Shown here: one piece after another, positions 32,039 to 41,969 of the stretch
Layout of the letters: each line of letters starts with the position of its first letter
Numbering within the stretch: the stretch's first letter is position 1
DNA from: Thermodesulfobacteriota bacterium
Lineage (GTDB): Bacteria; Desulfobacterota_D; UBA1144; Nemesobacterales; Mycalebacteriaceae
Reading direction: 5' to 3'
Assembly: GCA_965205855.1 (NCBI GenBank)
Contig: OZ242184.1
Span: forward strand, 352,001-416,000
DNA length: 64,000 nucleotides
Notes under the pieces: generated by a model
Database searches by the model: none
What the model saw: the letters and a program-made list of their open reading frames with translations, nothing else
Told to the model about the DNA's origin: nothing
Made by a program: the position numbers and the translations under genes

Positions 32039-32916
32039 AAAAAAACGCTCTTGGTAAAGGGTTGGAATCCCTTATCGGGGATGAAATCGATGTTCCCCGC
32101 GGACATCTTTCCCTGCCGGTCGGCAGGCTGATTCCCGGCGCGGGGCAGCCGAGGAAAAACTTCAACGAAAAGTCGATAGAGGAACTTGCGGACTCAATCA
32201 GGGAGAAGGGGCTTATTCAGCCGCTGATTGTGAGAAAGCACGGGGAGAAATACGAGATAATCGCCGGAGAGAGGAGATGGAGAGCGGCGCAGCGCGCCGG
32301 GCTTCGTGAGGTTCCCGTGATTGTCCGCGAAATGGCGGACGGCGACGCGTTTGAAATCGCCCTTATTGAGAACATACAGCGCAAGGATTTGAATCCCGTT
32401 GAGGAAGCGCTTGCTTATGAAAAACTTATATCCGAGTTTGATCTGACACACGAGGAGGTTTCCAAGCGTGTTGGTAAAAGCCGGGTGGCAATTACAAACC
32501 AGTTGCGTCTTTTGAGGCTTCCGGACGCCGCGCGCGTCGCATTGATAAACGGGGATCTGTCAACCGGGCACGCGAGAGCGATACTCGGTTTAAAACCCGG
32601 CGCGGATGGGGCGCGTGTTGCTCTGAAAGTGGTGCGCGGGGATATGTCCGTCAGGCAGACGGAAAGTCTTGTCAAAAGAATCAACTCTTCGCAATCTTCC
32701 GACCAAAAAGTTTCACAGACGGACGACATATCCATCAAACGCGCCGAGTGGACAATGCGCGATAGGCTGGGGACAAAAGTCATGATAGAGGGGGGCTTGA
32801 AGAAAGGCAGGATAGTCATCAAGTATTCTTCGGCGGAGGAGCTTGAAAGGCTATCTTTTGAGATAGGCAGCGGTTTGCACACGGCGGGTGGTTCCGCAAA
32901 GAAGGTTTTTGAATGA
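32035..32916 (+). CDS. parB: Chromosome partitioning protein (Spo0J)
   Basis: ALGKGL, QPRKNF, IAGERRWRAA and ENIQRKDLNP motifs. Confidence 0.96.
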   Translation: MKKNALGKGLESLIGDEIDVPRGHLSLPVGRLIPGAGQPRKNFNEKSIEELADSIREKGLIQPLIVRKHGEKYEIIAGERRWRAAQRAGLREVPVIVREMADGDAFEIALIENIQRKDLNPVEEALAYEKLISEFDLTHEEVSKRVGKSRVAITNQLRLLRLPDAARVALINGDLSTGHARAILGLKPGADGARVALKVVRGDMSVRQTESLVKRINSSQSSDQKVSQTDDISIKRAEWTMRDRLGTKVMIEGGLKKGRIVIKYSSAEELERLSFEIGSGLHTAGGSAKKVFE

Positions 32917-33188
32917 AAACCTTTGAAGTGAAAATTGAAATTCGTCCTGCAAAGGGCGTGCTTGATCCTCAGGGCAAGGCGATTCTTTCCGCACTTGGAA
33001 ATTTGGGGTTCGGAGGGGTTTTGTCTGTCACATCGGGAAAACTCATAGAGTTGACGGTGGAGTCTCAGGACAAAAGCGCCGCGGAGAAAAATGTCCGCGC
33101 GATGTGCTCCGCAATTCTTGCAAATCCGGTCATAGAGGTTTTTTCAATAGATGTGAAACCGGCGGAGGCGAAAACCGGCGGTGGTTGA
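32913..33188 (+). CDS. purS: Phosphoribosylformylglycinamidine synthase subunit PurS
   Basis: VLDPQGKAI and LANPVIE motifs. Confidence 0.95.
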   Translation: MKTFEVKIEIRPAKGVLDPQGKAILSALGNLGFGGVLSVTSGKLIELTVESQDKSAAEKNVRAMCSAILANPVIEVFSIDVKPAEAKTGGG

Positions 33189-33876
33189 GTTCGGAGTGGT
33201 TGTTTTTCCGGGTTCAAACTGTGATGCGGACTGCGAAAAAGCCGTTAAAAGGCTTGGTTACGGTGGCGTCCGCATCTGGCATGAGGAAACCTCCCTTCGC
33301 GGAATTGACTGCATTATAATTCCGGGAGGTTTTTCATACGGCGATTACTTGAGAACCGGCGTTATGGCTTCCGTTTCACCCGTGATGGAAAGCGTAAAAA
33401 AATTCGCGCGCGAAGGAAAACCCGTAATCGGAATATGCAACGGGTTTCAAATCCTTGTCGAAAGCGGACTTTTACCGGGAGCGTTTACAAGAAACGCGTC
33501 CCTGAAGTTCGTCTGCAAATGGACATACGTGCGCGTTGAAAATACCGACACGCCTTTTACGGCGGCTTTTAAGCTCGGTGATGTTCTGCAAACTCCCGTT
33601 GCGAACGGTGAGGGGGCTTTCTTCTGCTCCGAAGACGAACTCGGAGAGATTGAGCGTAAGAAACAAGTTGTTTTCAGGTATTGCTCGGAAAGCGGCGAAG
33701 CGGCTCCCGGAGCCAATCCCAACGGCTCGGTTTCGGACATTGCCGGAGTTTGCGGAGGCGGCGGAAATATAATCGGAATGATGCCCCATCCCGAAAGATG
33801 TTGCAATGAGATTTTAGGTGGAACAGACGGGGCCGGGATTTTTGAGTCGGTTGCGGAGTTTGTCTCACGCGGGTGA
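33181..33876 (+). CDS. purQ: Phosphoribosylformylglycinamidine synthase subunit PurQ
   Basis: FPGSNCD, PGGFSYGDYLR, GICNGFQIL and MMPHPER motifs. Confidence 0.97.
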   Translation: MVEFGVVVFPGSNCDADCEKAVKRLGYGGVRIWHEETSLRGIDCIIIPGGFSYGDYLRTGVMASVSPVMESVKKFAREGKPVIGICNGFQILVESGLLPGAFTRNASLKFVCKWTYVRVENTDTPFTAAFKLGDVLQTPVANGEGAFFCSEDELGEIERKKQVVFRYCSESGEAAPGANPNGSVSDIAGVCGGGGNIIGMMPHPERCCNEILGGTDGAGIFESVAEFVSRG

Positions 33877-34176
33877 GGTGTTTTTGCAGAAGATTATTTT
33901 GTTCCGGGAATTTCTATTTTTAAGTATGCGTTCAATAATACTGGATTTTATAAGTGGCAGACCCTAGTACGCAAGAGCAAACTGTCTGTAGTTTCCTCTA
34001 TCTTCTCCATGATTTTTTATGATAACTCTAGGTTGCGCTATGTAAGTAACTTACTCCCTATGTGATATCTCCTTCTTTATATTGTTTTCCACAGTTTAGT
34101 TAGACAGTATAGAATGCTACTTGAGCCCTCACAATGGGTTCCCCGGTTTCTGAAAACTTGTACAAACTCTTATGAG

Positions 34177-34206
34177 TTGACACCGCCGAATAGCGAATCG
34201 TACCTT
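34177..34206 (+). promoter_or_regulatory. Possible promoter of the tusA-cysM-mec operon
   Basis: TTGACA (34177-34182), 18-nt spacer, TACCTT (34201-34206). Confidence 0.4.
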
Positions 34207-34279
34207 ATCCCGTCCGCTCCGGCCGTCTTTTACGATTGCTTCTTTTGTGTTATCTTCCAAAAAGCGGAGACTGTTTGAG

Positions 34280-34513
34280 ATGCCTGAAAAAGCCGACCAG
34301 TTTATAGACATTACCGATGAGGTGTGTCCGATGACTTCAATAAAAACAAAACTGAAATTGAAAAAGATGGAACCGGGCGGGGTGCTTGAGGTGCTTGTCA
34401 GAGAAGGGGAGCCGGTTGAAAACCTTCCCCGGACACTTGAGCGCGAGGGACACAGAATTCTTGAGGTAAGGAAAGAAGACAATTTCTATACAGTCAGGAT
34501 AAAGCGCGGCTGA
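34280..34513 (+). CDS. TusA-family sulfur carrier protein
   Basis: IDITDEVCPMT motif and LKKMEPGGVLEVL; ATG 34280 follows GGAG. Confidence 0.88.
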   Translation: MPEKADQFIDITDEVCPMTSIKTKLKLKKMEPGGVLEVLVREGEPVENLPRTLEREGHRILEVRKEDNFYTVRIKRG

Positions 34514-35454
34514 TGCGTGAATCCGCGGGTATGGAGAGATCTCTCGACAAATTTGTCCTGCGGTCAATAGTTGATTTTATTGGCAACACGCCGCTTATCA
34601 ATCTCGGCAAAGTTGCGAAGGACATTCCGGACGGCGTTGAGATTTACGCAAAAGCCGAATGGTTCAATCCCGGAGGCTCGGTTAAAGACCGCGCCGCTTT
34701 CAAGATGGTTTCCCATGCCGTCAAGTCGGGCGATTTGAAGAAGGGGCGAACAATAATGGATTCGTCATCTGGAAACACCGCCATAGCATACGCCATGATA
34801 GGCTCCACTCTGGAATTTCCGGTAACGATTGTCGCGCCGGAGAATATCAATCTGGAGCGGAAAAAAACCATTGAAGCATTCGGGGCGGAAATAGTTTATT
34901 CAGACCCTATAGAAGGCTCTGACGGGGCGATAATACTCGCGCAGAAAATCAAACGAGAGTCTCCCGAAAAATATTTTATGCCCGACCAATACAACAACCC
35001 GCTCAATCCGCTTGCCCATTATGAGACCACCGCCCCGGAGATATGGGAGCAGACAAACGGGCGTGTTACTCACTTTATAACCGGCGTGGGAACAAGCGGG
35101 ACCATTATGGGGGTTTCGCGTAGACTCAGAGAACTCAATCCCGAAGTTAAGACCTTTGCGGTAGAGCCGGTCGAGGTTCTTCACGGACTTGAGGGTCTCA
35201 AACATATGAAGACTTCAATAGTGCCGGGAATATATGACCCAACAGGATTTGACGGCACTTTGTTTGTTTCCACTGAAGACGCTTATGGAATGATGGAATT
35301 GGTTATGCGAACCGAGGGGTTGTTCATAGGACACTCTGGCGGCGCGGCGATTTACGCGGCGGTGCAAACCGCGAGCTCTCTTGAAACGGGCGTTATCGTA
35401 ACCGTGCTTCCAGACAGTGGATTCAGGTACTTAAGCGAGAGGCTGTGGTGGTAG
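34513..35454 (+). CDS. cysM: PLP-dependent cysteine synthase family protein (CysM-like)
   Basis: IGNTPL, KAEWFNPGGSVKDR, SSGNT and GVGTSGT motifs. Confidence 0.88.
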   Translation: MRESAGMERSLDKFVLRSIVDFIGNTPLINLGKVAKDIPDGVEIYAKAEWFNPGGSVKDRAAFKMVSHAVKSGDLKKGRTIMDSSSGNTAIAYAMIGSTLEFPVTIVAPENINLERKKTIEAFGAEIVYSDPIEGSDGAIILAQKIKRESPEKYFMPDQYNNPLNPLAHYETTAPEIWEQTNGRVTHFITGVGTSGTIMGVSRRLRELNPEVKTFAVEPVEVLHGLEGLKHMKTSIVPGIYDPTGFDGTLFVSTEDAYGMMELVMRTEGLFIGHSGGAAIYAAVQTASSLETGVIVTVLPDSGFRYLSERLWW

Positions 35455-35858
35455 AAATTTCAAAAGAGGCCTTTGAAAATATGAAGCTGTATGCCGAACG
35501 CGGCTATCCGGACGAAGTATGCGGCGTGATGACGGGCACGGACGGGATGATAAGAGAATCTGTGCCATGCCGTAATCTCAATACCGAACGGGCGTATGAC
35601 AGATACGAGCTTGACCCGCTGTCTTTTAATGAAGCCGATACCGCCGCGCGGAAAAAAAACCTTGCCATAGTCGGCATATATCACTCCCATCCCGACCATC
35701 CGGCGCGTCCTTCGGAAACGGACAGAGTAAAAGCGTGGCCCGGCTGGGGATATCTGATAATGTCAATTGAAAAAGGAGCGTTTAAGACCGCAACGCTCTG
35801 GTATTTGAATGAAAAAACCGGACAATTTAAAAAGAGCGATTTCTCGGTCGGCGATTAG
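35445..35858 (+). CDS. M67/JAB (JAMM) metallopeptidase, Mec-like
   Basis: YPDEVCG and YHSHPDHPARPSETD JAMM motif. Confidence 0.9.
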   Translation: MVVEISKEAFENMKLYAERGYPDEVCGVMTGTDGMIRESVPCRNLNTERAYDRYELDPLSFNEADTAARKKNLAIVGIYHSHPDHPARPSETDRVKAWPGWGYLIMSIEKGAFKTATLWYLNEKTGQFKKSDFSVGD

Positions 35859-35975
35859 GGAGATTTTGCCTGTCCGGCGGGATTTTCACCTTTCTTTCCG
35901 TTGTTGGCTTTTGTTAGAATAAGATGGGGTTTTTGCCCTTATTAATCAAAAAAACAGAGGTGAGGTAAAGTTACA

Positions 35976-37007
35976 GTGAGAAGGTTTTTTACATTTTTCG
36001 TGCTGATAATAGCCGCGGGGGCGGCTTGTTTTTTGTTTTTTCAACCCGTTTCAGTAACGGAAAAAACAGTCACGGCACCCGTGGCGAAGACCGAGCCGGA
36101 GACTTTTATTTTTACATACACAATCAACGGCGGGGATTCTTTGAGCCTGATAGCGCGGAGGTTTGGTATAAGCGCTGAAACAATCCTCAACGCCAACATC
36201 ATAAAAGACAGTGTCATATACAAAGATGACACTCTGGGCATACCGCTTGAGCTTTCCAGGCTTGTATCTTTGCACACCGTTGCCAAAGGTGAAAACCTTT
36301 CGTCAATAGCGAGAGATTACGGAACAACCGTGAAAAACATAATGAAACTCAACCGTATGAACAAAGACACGATTTTGGAGTCCGACAAAATTCTTGTTCA
36401 TGCAAGCGCCGAGCCTAACTCAAGATTTGTTGTGTTCACGGTCGGACACGGCGACACTGTGGCGGAAATCCTGCGCGCTTTCGGTATCAGAAAGGAGGAG
36501 ATTGAAAGACTCAACGCCTCCAATCCGGACTGGCATGAACCGGGTTCTTTTATTGCCGTGGATACCTTTGACTATTCCTACGCGGAACAAACGCGCGAAA
36601 GAATCCTGCAAACCGCCGAAGCGTATCTGGGCTCTCCCTACAAATACGGCGGAAATTCAACGGAAACCGGAATAGACTGCTCTGCTTATGTCAAAAAGGT
36701 TTTTTCCTTTTTTGGTGTTAATCTTCCCAGAACGGTCAGGACGATGCACAAGTATGCCGAAGGACGGTGGGTGCGTAAAGACCGTCTTGAAAAAGGAGAT
36801 TTGGTTTTCTTTGAGACCGACAGACCTTTTCCGTCTCACATAGGGATATACATGGAGAAGGGCAATTTTATACACGCTTCATCCGTGCGCGGAAGGGTGG
36901 TTGTATCAAATCTTGGCGAGCCTTACTATACAAAAACCTATATCGGGGCAAAAAGAATCTATCTGCGAGACTCCTTCGCTTCGGCGGATACGCAAAAGGC
37001 TCAATAA
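35976..37007 (+). CDS. LysM-repeat NlpC/P60 peptidoglycan endopeptidase
   Basis: N-terminal anchor, 2-3 LysM domains, YLGSPYKYGG, IDCSAY, GDLVFF, HIGIY and FIHAS. Confidence 0.93.
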   Translation: MRRFFTFFVLIIAAGAACFLFFQPVSVTEKTVTAPVAKTEPETFIFTYTINGGDSLSLIARRFGISAETILNANIIKDSVIYKDDTLGIPLELSRLVSLHTVAKGENLSSIARDYGTTVKNIMKLNRMNKDTILESDKILVHASAEPNSRFVVFTVGHGDTVAEILRAFGIRKEEIERLNASNPDWHEPGSFIAVDTFDYSYAEQTRERILQTAEAYLGSPYKYGGNSTETGIDCSAYVKKVFSFFGVNLPRTVRTMHKYAEGRWVRKDRLEKGDLVFFETDRPFPSHIGIYMEKGNFIHASSVRGRVVVSNLGEPYYTKTYIGAKRIYLRDSFASADTQKAQ

Positions 37008-37012
37008 AAAAA

Positions 37013-37924
37013 ATGGACAAAAAGGAAATAGAAAACGCGACGAGAAGTTTCCGCAGGCATCTGGAATACGAGAGGAACCTGTCTGCCAATACGGTGCGCG
37101 CCTATATGACCGACATCGGGCAGTTTTCGGATTTTCTCCTCAAAAACGGACTCAGCCTGAACACAACCGGCGTCAGGGACATAAACCGGTACATTGGAAC
37201 CCGGTTTTCCGTCAATTCAAAAACTTCAACGGCAAGAAAGCTGGCGGCGTTGAGGACTTTTTTCAGATTCCTCAATGTTGAGAAGATAACGGCAAACAAT
37301 CCGGCGAAAATTGCCTCTGTTCCGAGGATGTCGAAACACCTTCCCTCTTTTCTTTCCGTGGATGAGATTGACGCGCTTTTGAGAATCATAGGTTCAAAAG
37401 ACAACCGGTTCTTTATCAGAGACAGCGCGATGTTTGAGCTTGCTTATTCTTGCGGATTAAGAGTCAGCGAGCTTGTCTCGGTAACTCTTGATGACATTGA
37501 CTTTGAACAATCCGAAGTCAGGGTTTTCGGCAAAGGTGCCAAACAGAGAGTGATTCCCCTCGGCTCAAAAGCCGCCGCCGCAATTATGGAATATATGTCG
37601 GTAAGGCTAGAGTTTAAGCCCAAAACCGACCGTGTGTTTATCGGTTCAAAAGGAACCGGCATAACTTCAAGGAGTGTTGCGAGAATCCTTAAACACCACG
37701 CCTTGAAAGCTGGAATAAACAAGAATGTCAGCCCTCATACTCTCAGACATAGTTTTGCGACTCACCTTCTCGCCTCCGGAAGCGTCAAGGAGGGTAAAAA
37801 AGACAGACTCAGGGCCATACAGTTGATGCTTGGACACTCAAGTCTCTCTTCCACACAAAAATACACACATATATCTGTTGAACAGTTGATGAGCATATAT
37901 GACACTACTCATCCGAGGGCTTAA
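37013..37924 (+). CDS. xerC: Tyrosine recombinase XerC
   Basis: YSCGLRVSEL, GKGAKQR, HTLRHSFATHLL and LGHSSLSSTQKY motifs; xerC-hslV-hslU gene order. Confidence 0.88.
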   Translation: MDKKEIENATRSFRRHLEYERNLSANTVRAYMTDIGQFSDFLLKNGLSLNTTGVRDINRYIGTRFSVNSKTSTARKLAALRTFFRFLNVEKITANNPAKIASVPRMSKHLPSFLSVDEIDALLRIIGSKDNRFFIRDSAMFELAYSCGLRVSELVSVTLDDIDFEQSEVRVFGKGAKQRVIPLGSKAAAAIMEYMSVRLEFKPKTDRVFIGSKGTGITSRSVARILKHHALKAGINKNVSPHTLRHSFATHLLASGSVKEGKKDRLRAIQLMLGHSSLSSTQKYTHISVEQLMSIYDTTHPRA

Positions 37925-38473
37925 ATGGCCGGACGTATGACAGAAACATTTCACGGAACGACAATTCTCTGCGTTAGCAAAGACGGACTGACCGCCATGG
38001 GTGGCGATGGGCAGGTTACTCTGGGGGATGTGTCGGTAAAACATACCGCGAAAAAGATAAGGAAGATTCATTCTGGCAAGGTCTGCGTGGGGTTTGCCGG
38101 TTCAACCGCGGACGCGATAACGCTTTTTGACAGGTTTGAGACAAAACTTGAGGAATTCGGCGGCAATCTCAAGCGCGCCGCTGTGGAGATGGGCAAGGAC
38201 TGGAGAACCGACAGAATTCTGCGCAGACTGGAGGCTCTTCTTGCCGTTGCCGACAGGGAAAATATGTTTATAATATCGGGCGCCGGGGATATTCTTGAGC
38301 CCGATGACGCCATAATAGCCATAGGGTCGGGAGGCGCGTATGCTAAAGCCGCGGCCCGGGCTCTTGTGGATTTTTCGCAGTTGAAGGCTGATGAGGTTGT
38401 TCGTAGTTCACTTTTGATAACCGCGGGAATTTGCATATATACAAACGATCAAATACGCATTGAGACTCTCTGA
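37925..38473 (+). CDS. hslV: ATP-dependent protease peptidase subunit
   Basis: [21 protein letters not shown] and IGSGG motifs. Confidence 0.97.
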   Translation: MAGRMTETFHGTTILCVSKDGLTAMGGDGQVTLGDVSVKHTAKKIRKIHSGKVCVGFAGSTADAITLFDRFETKLEEFGGNLKRAAVEMGKDWRTDRILRRLEALLAVADRENMFIISGAGDILEPDDAIIAIGSGGAYAKAAARALVDFSQLKADEVVRSSLLITAGICIYTNDQIRIETL

Positions 38474-38475
38474 TA

Positions 38476-39843
38476 ATGACCGAGAAATCATTTTTTACCC
38501 CGCGCGAGATAGTTTCCGAACTTGACAAATACATAGTCGGGCAGGCAAAAGCCAAAAGGTCGGTTTCCATAGCCCTGAGAAACAGGTGGCGCCGCCAGAT
38601 GGTGAGCCCGGAAATGAGGGACGAGATAGTTCCCAAAAATATCCTTATGATAGGGCCCACGGGCGTGGGTAAAACGGAGATAGCCCGCAGGCTTGCCAAC
38701 CTTTCGCAGTCTCCCTTTATCAAGGTCGAGGCGTCAAAGTTCACCGAAGTCGGCTATATGGGAAGGGATGTTGAATCTATGGTGAGAGACCTTACGGAAA
38801 TAGCGATAAACATGGTCTCCGCCGAGGAAACAAAAGCGGTTATGTCAAAAGCCGAGAATCTTGCCGAGGAGAGGATGCTTGACCTTCTTCTGCCCGCGCC
38901 TTCCGGAGATTCCGAAAATGGCGGTCAAACAGGCCCGGAAACGGACTCTGCCCTCAGAGAGTCTGAAAAAAAGACCAAAGAAAAACTGAGAATTCTTCTG
39001 CGCAAGGGAAAACTGGATGATAAGACGGTCGAGTTTGAAGTCTCCGCGCCGGCAATGCCGTTTCAGATTCTCGGAACCCAGGGTGTTGACGATACAGACA
39101 TGAACATACCGGAAATGTTGAGCAGCCTTCTGCCCAAACAGACAAAAATGAGAAAGGTGGAAGTGCCAGCTGCAATGCAGATACTTATCAGGGAGGAATC
39201 CCAGAAACTTGTGGATATGGACAAGGTTGTCAAGCTTGCCATTGAGAGCGTTGAAAACACGGGAATTATATTTATTGACGAGATAGACAAAATCGCCGGC
39301 GGAAGATCAAATTCCGGCCCCGATGTTTCAAGAGAGGGCGTTCAGAGGGATTTACTGCCCATCATAGAGGGTTCAACTATTCATACCAAGCACGGAATGG
39401 TAAAGACCGACCATATTATGTTTATAGGGGCAGGGGCGTTTCATGTTTCCAAACCGTCGGACCTTATACCGGAGATTCAGGGGCGTTTTCCCATACGCGT
39501 TGAGCTTGACGCGCTTGGAAAACAAGAGATGATTAAGATACTTACCGAGACGAAAAACGCCCTTACCAAACAGTATGTCGCGTTGCTCAAGACCGAGGAT
39601 GTGACGCTTGTCTTCAAAAAAGACGCGATTGAGGAAATCGCCGCAACGGCAATGGAAGTGAACGAATCAACGGAAAACATCGGGGCGAGGCGTCTGCACA
39701 CCATACTTGAGACCATTTTGGATGACATATCCTTTGATGCTCCAGACATGTCCAAACGCAAAGTGGATATAGATTCGGAGTATGTCAGGGAGAAAATATC
39801 CTGCATTGTGGCAAACAAGGACTTGAGCAAGTACATACTTTAG
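38476..39843 (+). CDS. hslU: ATP-dependent protease ATPase subunit
   Basis: [22 protein letters not shown] and ENIGARRL motifs. Confidence 0.98.
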   Translation: MTEKSFFTPREIVSELDKYIVGQAKAKRSVSIALRNRWRRQMVSPEMRDEIVPKNILMIGPTGVGKTEIARRLANLSQSPFIKVEASKFTEVGYMGRDVESMVRDLTEIAINMVSAEETKAVMSKAENLAEERMLDLLLPAPSGDSENGGQTGPETDSALRESEKKTKEKLRILLRKGKLDDKTVEFEVSAPAMPFQILGTQGVDDTDMNIPEMLSSLLPKQTKMRKVEVPAAMQILIREESQKLVDMDKVVKLAIESVENTGIIFIDEIDKIAGGRSNSGPDVSREGVQRDLLPIIEGSTIHTKHGMVKTDHIMFIGAGAFHVSKPSDLIPEIQGRFPIRVELDALGKQEMIKILTETKNALTKQYVALLKTEDVTLVFKKDAIEEIAATAMEVNESTENIGARRLHTILETILDDISFDAPDMSKRKVDIDSEYVREKISCIVANKDLSKYIL

Positions 39844-39903
39844 GAAAGTCCGCGCGGGATCCGTGTTATATTTTACCCTTGTTACAACCCTGAGAAAATC
39901 CTT

Positions 39904-40773
39904 ATGAACAAAGCAAAAACCCTTGCCGAAGCGCTTCCTTATATAAAACAGTTTTACGGCAAAAACGTTATCGTCAAGTACGGCGGTAGCATTGTCGGCA
40001 AAGACCTCGCCGGTTTTGCAAGAGACATAGTGCTTATGAAGTTTGTCGGAATCAAACCGATTGTGGTTCACGGCGGCGGAAGGCAGATACAGAAGGAGCT
40101 GGACACAAAAGGAATCGGGTCTGAATTTCTCTTCGGACTCAGGGTTACCGACAAGCGGACGATGAAAGTAGTTGAGAGGGTTCTTGCCGGGAGAATTAAC
40201 AGGCACATAGTTTCGGAGATAAACAAAAACGGAGCAAAGGCAGTTGGCATGAGCGGTGTTGACGGAAAAACAATAACCGTGAAAAAGGCCGATATTAAAA
40301 AGATAGCGAGGCAAAACGGCGCATCCGTTGACACCGATGCAGACCTCGGCATGGTCGGAGATATAACAAGGATAAACACCGCGTTGATACGGCGTTGTGA
40401 AAAATCGGGATGTATACCCGTTATCGCTCCGATAGGAACGGACGGGAAGGGTAGTTCATATAATGTCAACGCCGACCACGCCGCCGGGAAAGTGGCTTCG
40501 GCTCTGAAAGCGGAAAAACTTATAATGCTCACCGATGTGACCGGAATCAAAGGCAAAAATGGCCGCCTTATTCATTCTCTCACTTTCAGGCAGGCGGCGA
40601 AACTTATAAAGGAAGGGGTGATTTCAAAAGGAATGCATCCGAAAACGACATGCTGCGTGGAAGCCATTTCCGAGGGCGTGCGCAAGGCGCACATAATAGA
40701 CGGGCGCACCGACCACGCTCTTATACTTGAGATATTTACCAACGCCGGAATTGGAACCGAGATAAAAAAATGA
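39904..40773 (+). CDS. argB: Acetylglutamate kinase
   Basis: EALPYI, VKYGG, VHGGG, GLRVTD and NVNAD motifs. Confidence 0.96.
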   Translation: MNKAKTLAEALPYIKQFYGKNVIVKYGGSIVGKDLAGFARDIVLMKFVGIKPIVVHGGGRQIQKELDTKGIGSEFLFGLRVTDKRTMKVVERVLAGRINRHIVSEINKNGAKAVGMSGVDGKTITVKKADIKKIARQNGASVDTDADLGMVGDITRINTALIRRCEKSGCIPVIAPIGTDGKGSSYNVNADHAAGKVASALKAEKLIMLTDVTGIKGKNGRLIHSLTFRQAAKLIKEGVISKGMHPKTTCCVEAISEGVRKAHIIDGRTDHALILEIFTNAGIGTEIKK

Positions 40774-41969
40774 GCAATAAAGCAATATCGGCAACCGATA
40801 CAAACTCAATGGACACATACAGGCGTTTTCAAATTGTCGTCCGTAAAGGCGAAGGAGCATGGCTGTGGGATACCGGCGGGAAAAAATATCTGGACTTCAC
40901 TTCGGGAATAGCGGTAACAACTCTTGGGCATTCCCATCCAGCCGTTCTGAGTGCGGCAAAAAAACAGATGGACAATCTTGTCCATACTTCAAATCTTTTC
41001 TATACCGAGCCTCAGGCACGTCTTGTCTCGCTTCTTACCGGATGCTCCTTTGCGGACAAGGTGTTTTTGTGTAACAGTGGAACCGAGGCATCCGAGGGGG
41101 CGATAAAACTTTCAAGAAAATGGGCCACGGAAAACGGGCGTGAACCGGTGGTAATTTGCGCTTCGGGATCTTTTCACGGCAGGACTCTCGGGGCGCTCGG
41201 AGCGACAAGCGGGGAGACTTACCGCAAAGGTTTTGAGCCTCTTCCGCAAGGGTTTGTTTTTGTTCCCTACGGTGATGCTCAACAAATTGAGGAGGCGATG
41301 AAAAAACACCGTGCCTGCGCGTTTATGGTTGAACCCATACAGGGGGAAAACGGCGTGATTATTCCGCCGGACGGATATCTGTCGGACGTGCGCGGAATCT
41401 GCTCTGATGAGGGGGCTTTGCTTGTGCTTGACGAAATTCAGACGGCAATGGGCAGAACGGGGAAGATGTTCTGTTACGAGCATTACGGAGTCGAGCCGGA
41501 TATTGCCGTAATCGCGAAAGGTCTCGGAGGGGGAATACCGTGCGGAGCCATTATTGCCGCAAAAGAGGTCGCACGGCACTTTACGGCCGGCTCCCACGGA
41601 AGCACTTTTGGCGGCGGCCCTTTCGCGTCCGCCTGCGCGGCGGCGGTGATAGAGGAAGTTCTCCGTTCTTCCCTCGCGGAGAACGCGCGCAAACGTGGAG
41701 AACAGCTTTTAAGCGGCCTGCGCGGCGCGGATGTTGAGTCCGGCACGGTGAAAGAGGCTAGGGGCAAAGGGCTGATGGTCGGGCTTGAGTTCACATTGCC
41801 TGAGGTGGCAAAGAAGGTTGTCAATCTTTGTGCGGAAAAAGGTTTACTGACGATTCTGACCGCGGGGAGCGTTATGAGAATGCTGCCGCCGCTGATTGTC
41901 AGCGAAGAACAGGTACAGTTTGCGCTTTTAACAATAGAGAAATCCGTAAGAGAGGTTTTAAGTCAATGA
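40770..41969 (+). CDS. argD: Acetylornithine aminotransferase
   Basis: NSGTEA, SFHGRT, EPIQGE, DEIQT, AKGLGGG and HGSTFGG motifs; lies between argB and argF. Confidence 0.93.
   Translation: MSNKAISATDTNSMDTYRRFQIVVRKGEGAWLWDTGGKKYLDFTSGIAVTTLGHSHPAVLSAAKKQMDNLVHTSNLFYTEPQARLVSLLTGCSFADKVFLCNSGTEASEGAIKLSRKWATENGREPVVICASGSFHGRTLGALGATSGETYRKGFEPLPQGFVFVPYGDAQQIEEAMKKHRACAFMVEPIQGENGVIIPPDGYLSDVRGICSDEGALLVLDEIQTAMGRTGKMFCYEHYGVEPDIAVIAKGLGGGIPCGAIIAAKEVARHFTAGSHGSTFGGGPFASACAAAVIEEVLRSSLAENARKRGEQLLSGLRGADVESGTVKEARGKGLMVGLEFTLPEVAKKVVNLCAEKGLLTILTAGSVMRMLPPLIVSEEQVQFALLTIEKSVREVLSQ

Noticed and set aside
31250-32916. parAB as a plasmid or ICE partition cassette
   Set aside because: Soj/Spo0J-type sequences coupled to purSQ indicate chromosomal genes. 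I did not spot a parS palindrome.
34100-34260. SAM riboswitch, SRP RNA or tmRNA upstream of the sulfur operon
   Set aside because: I could not find the diagnostic conserved motifs by eye.
37013-37924. Tyrosine recombinase as a prophage or island integrase
   Set aside because: It sits in the usual xerC-hslV-hslU context with no att-like repeats or cargo. The short insertion before LRAIQ looks like a loop variation.
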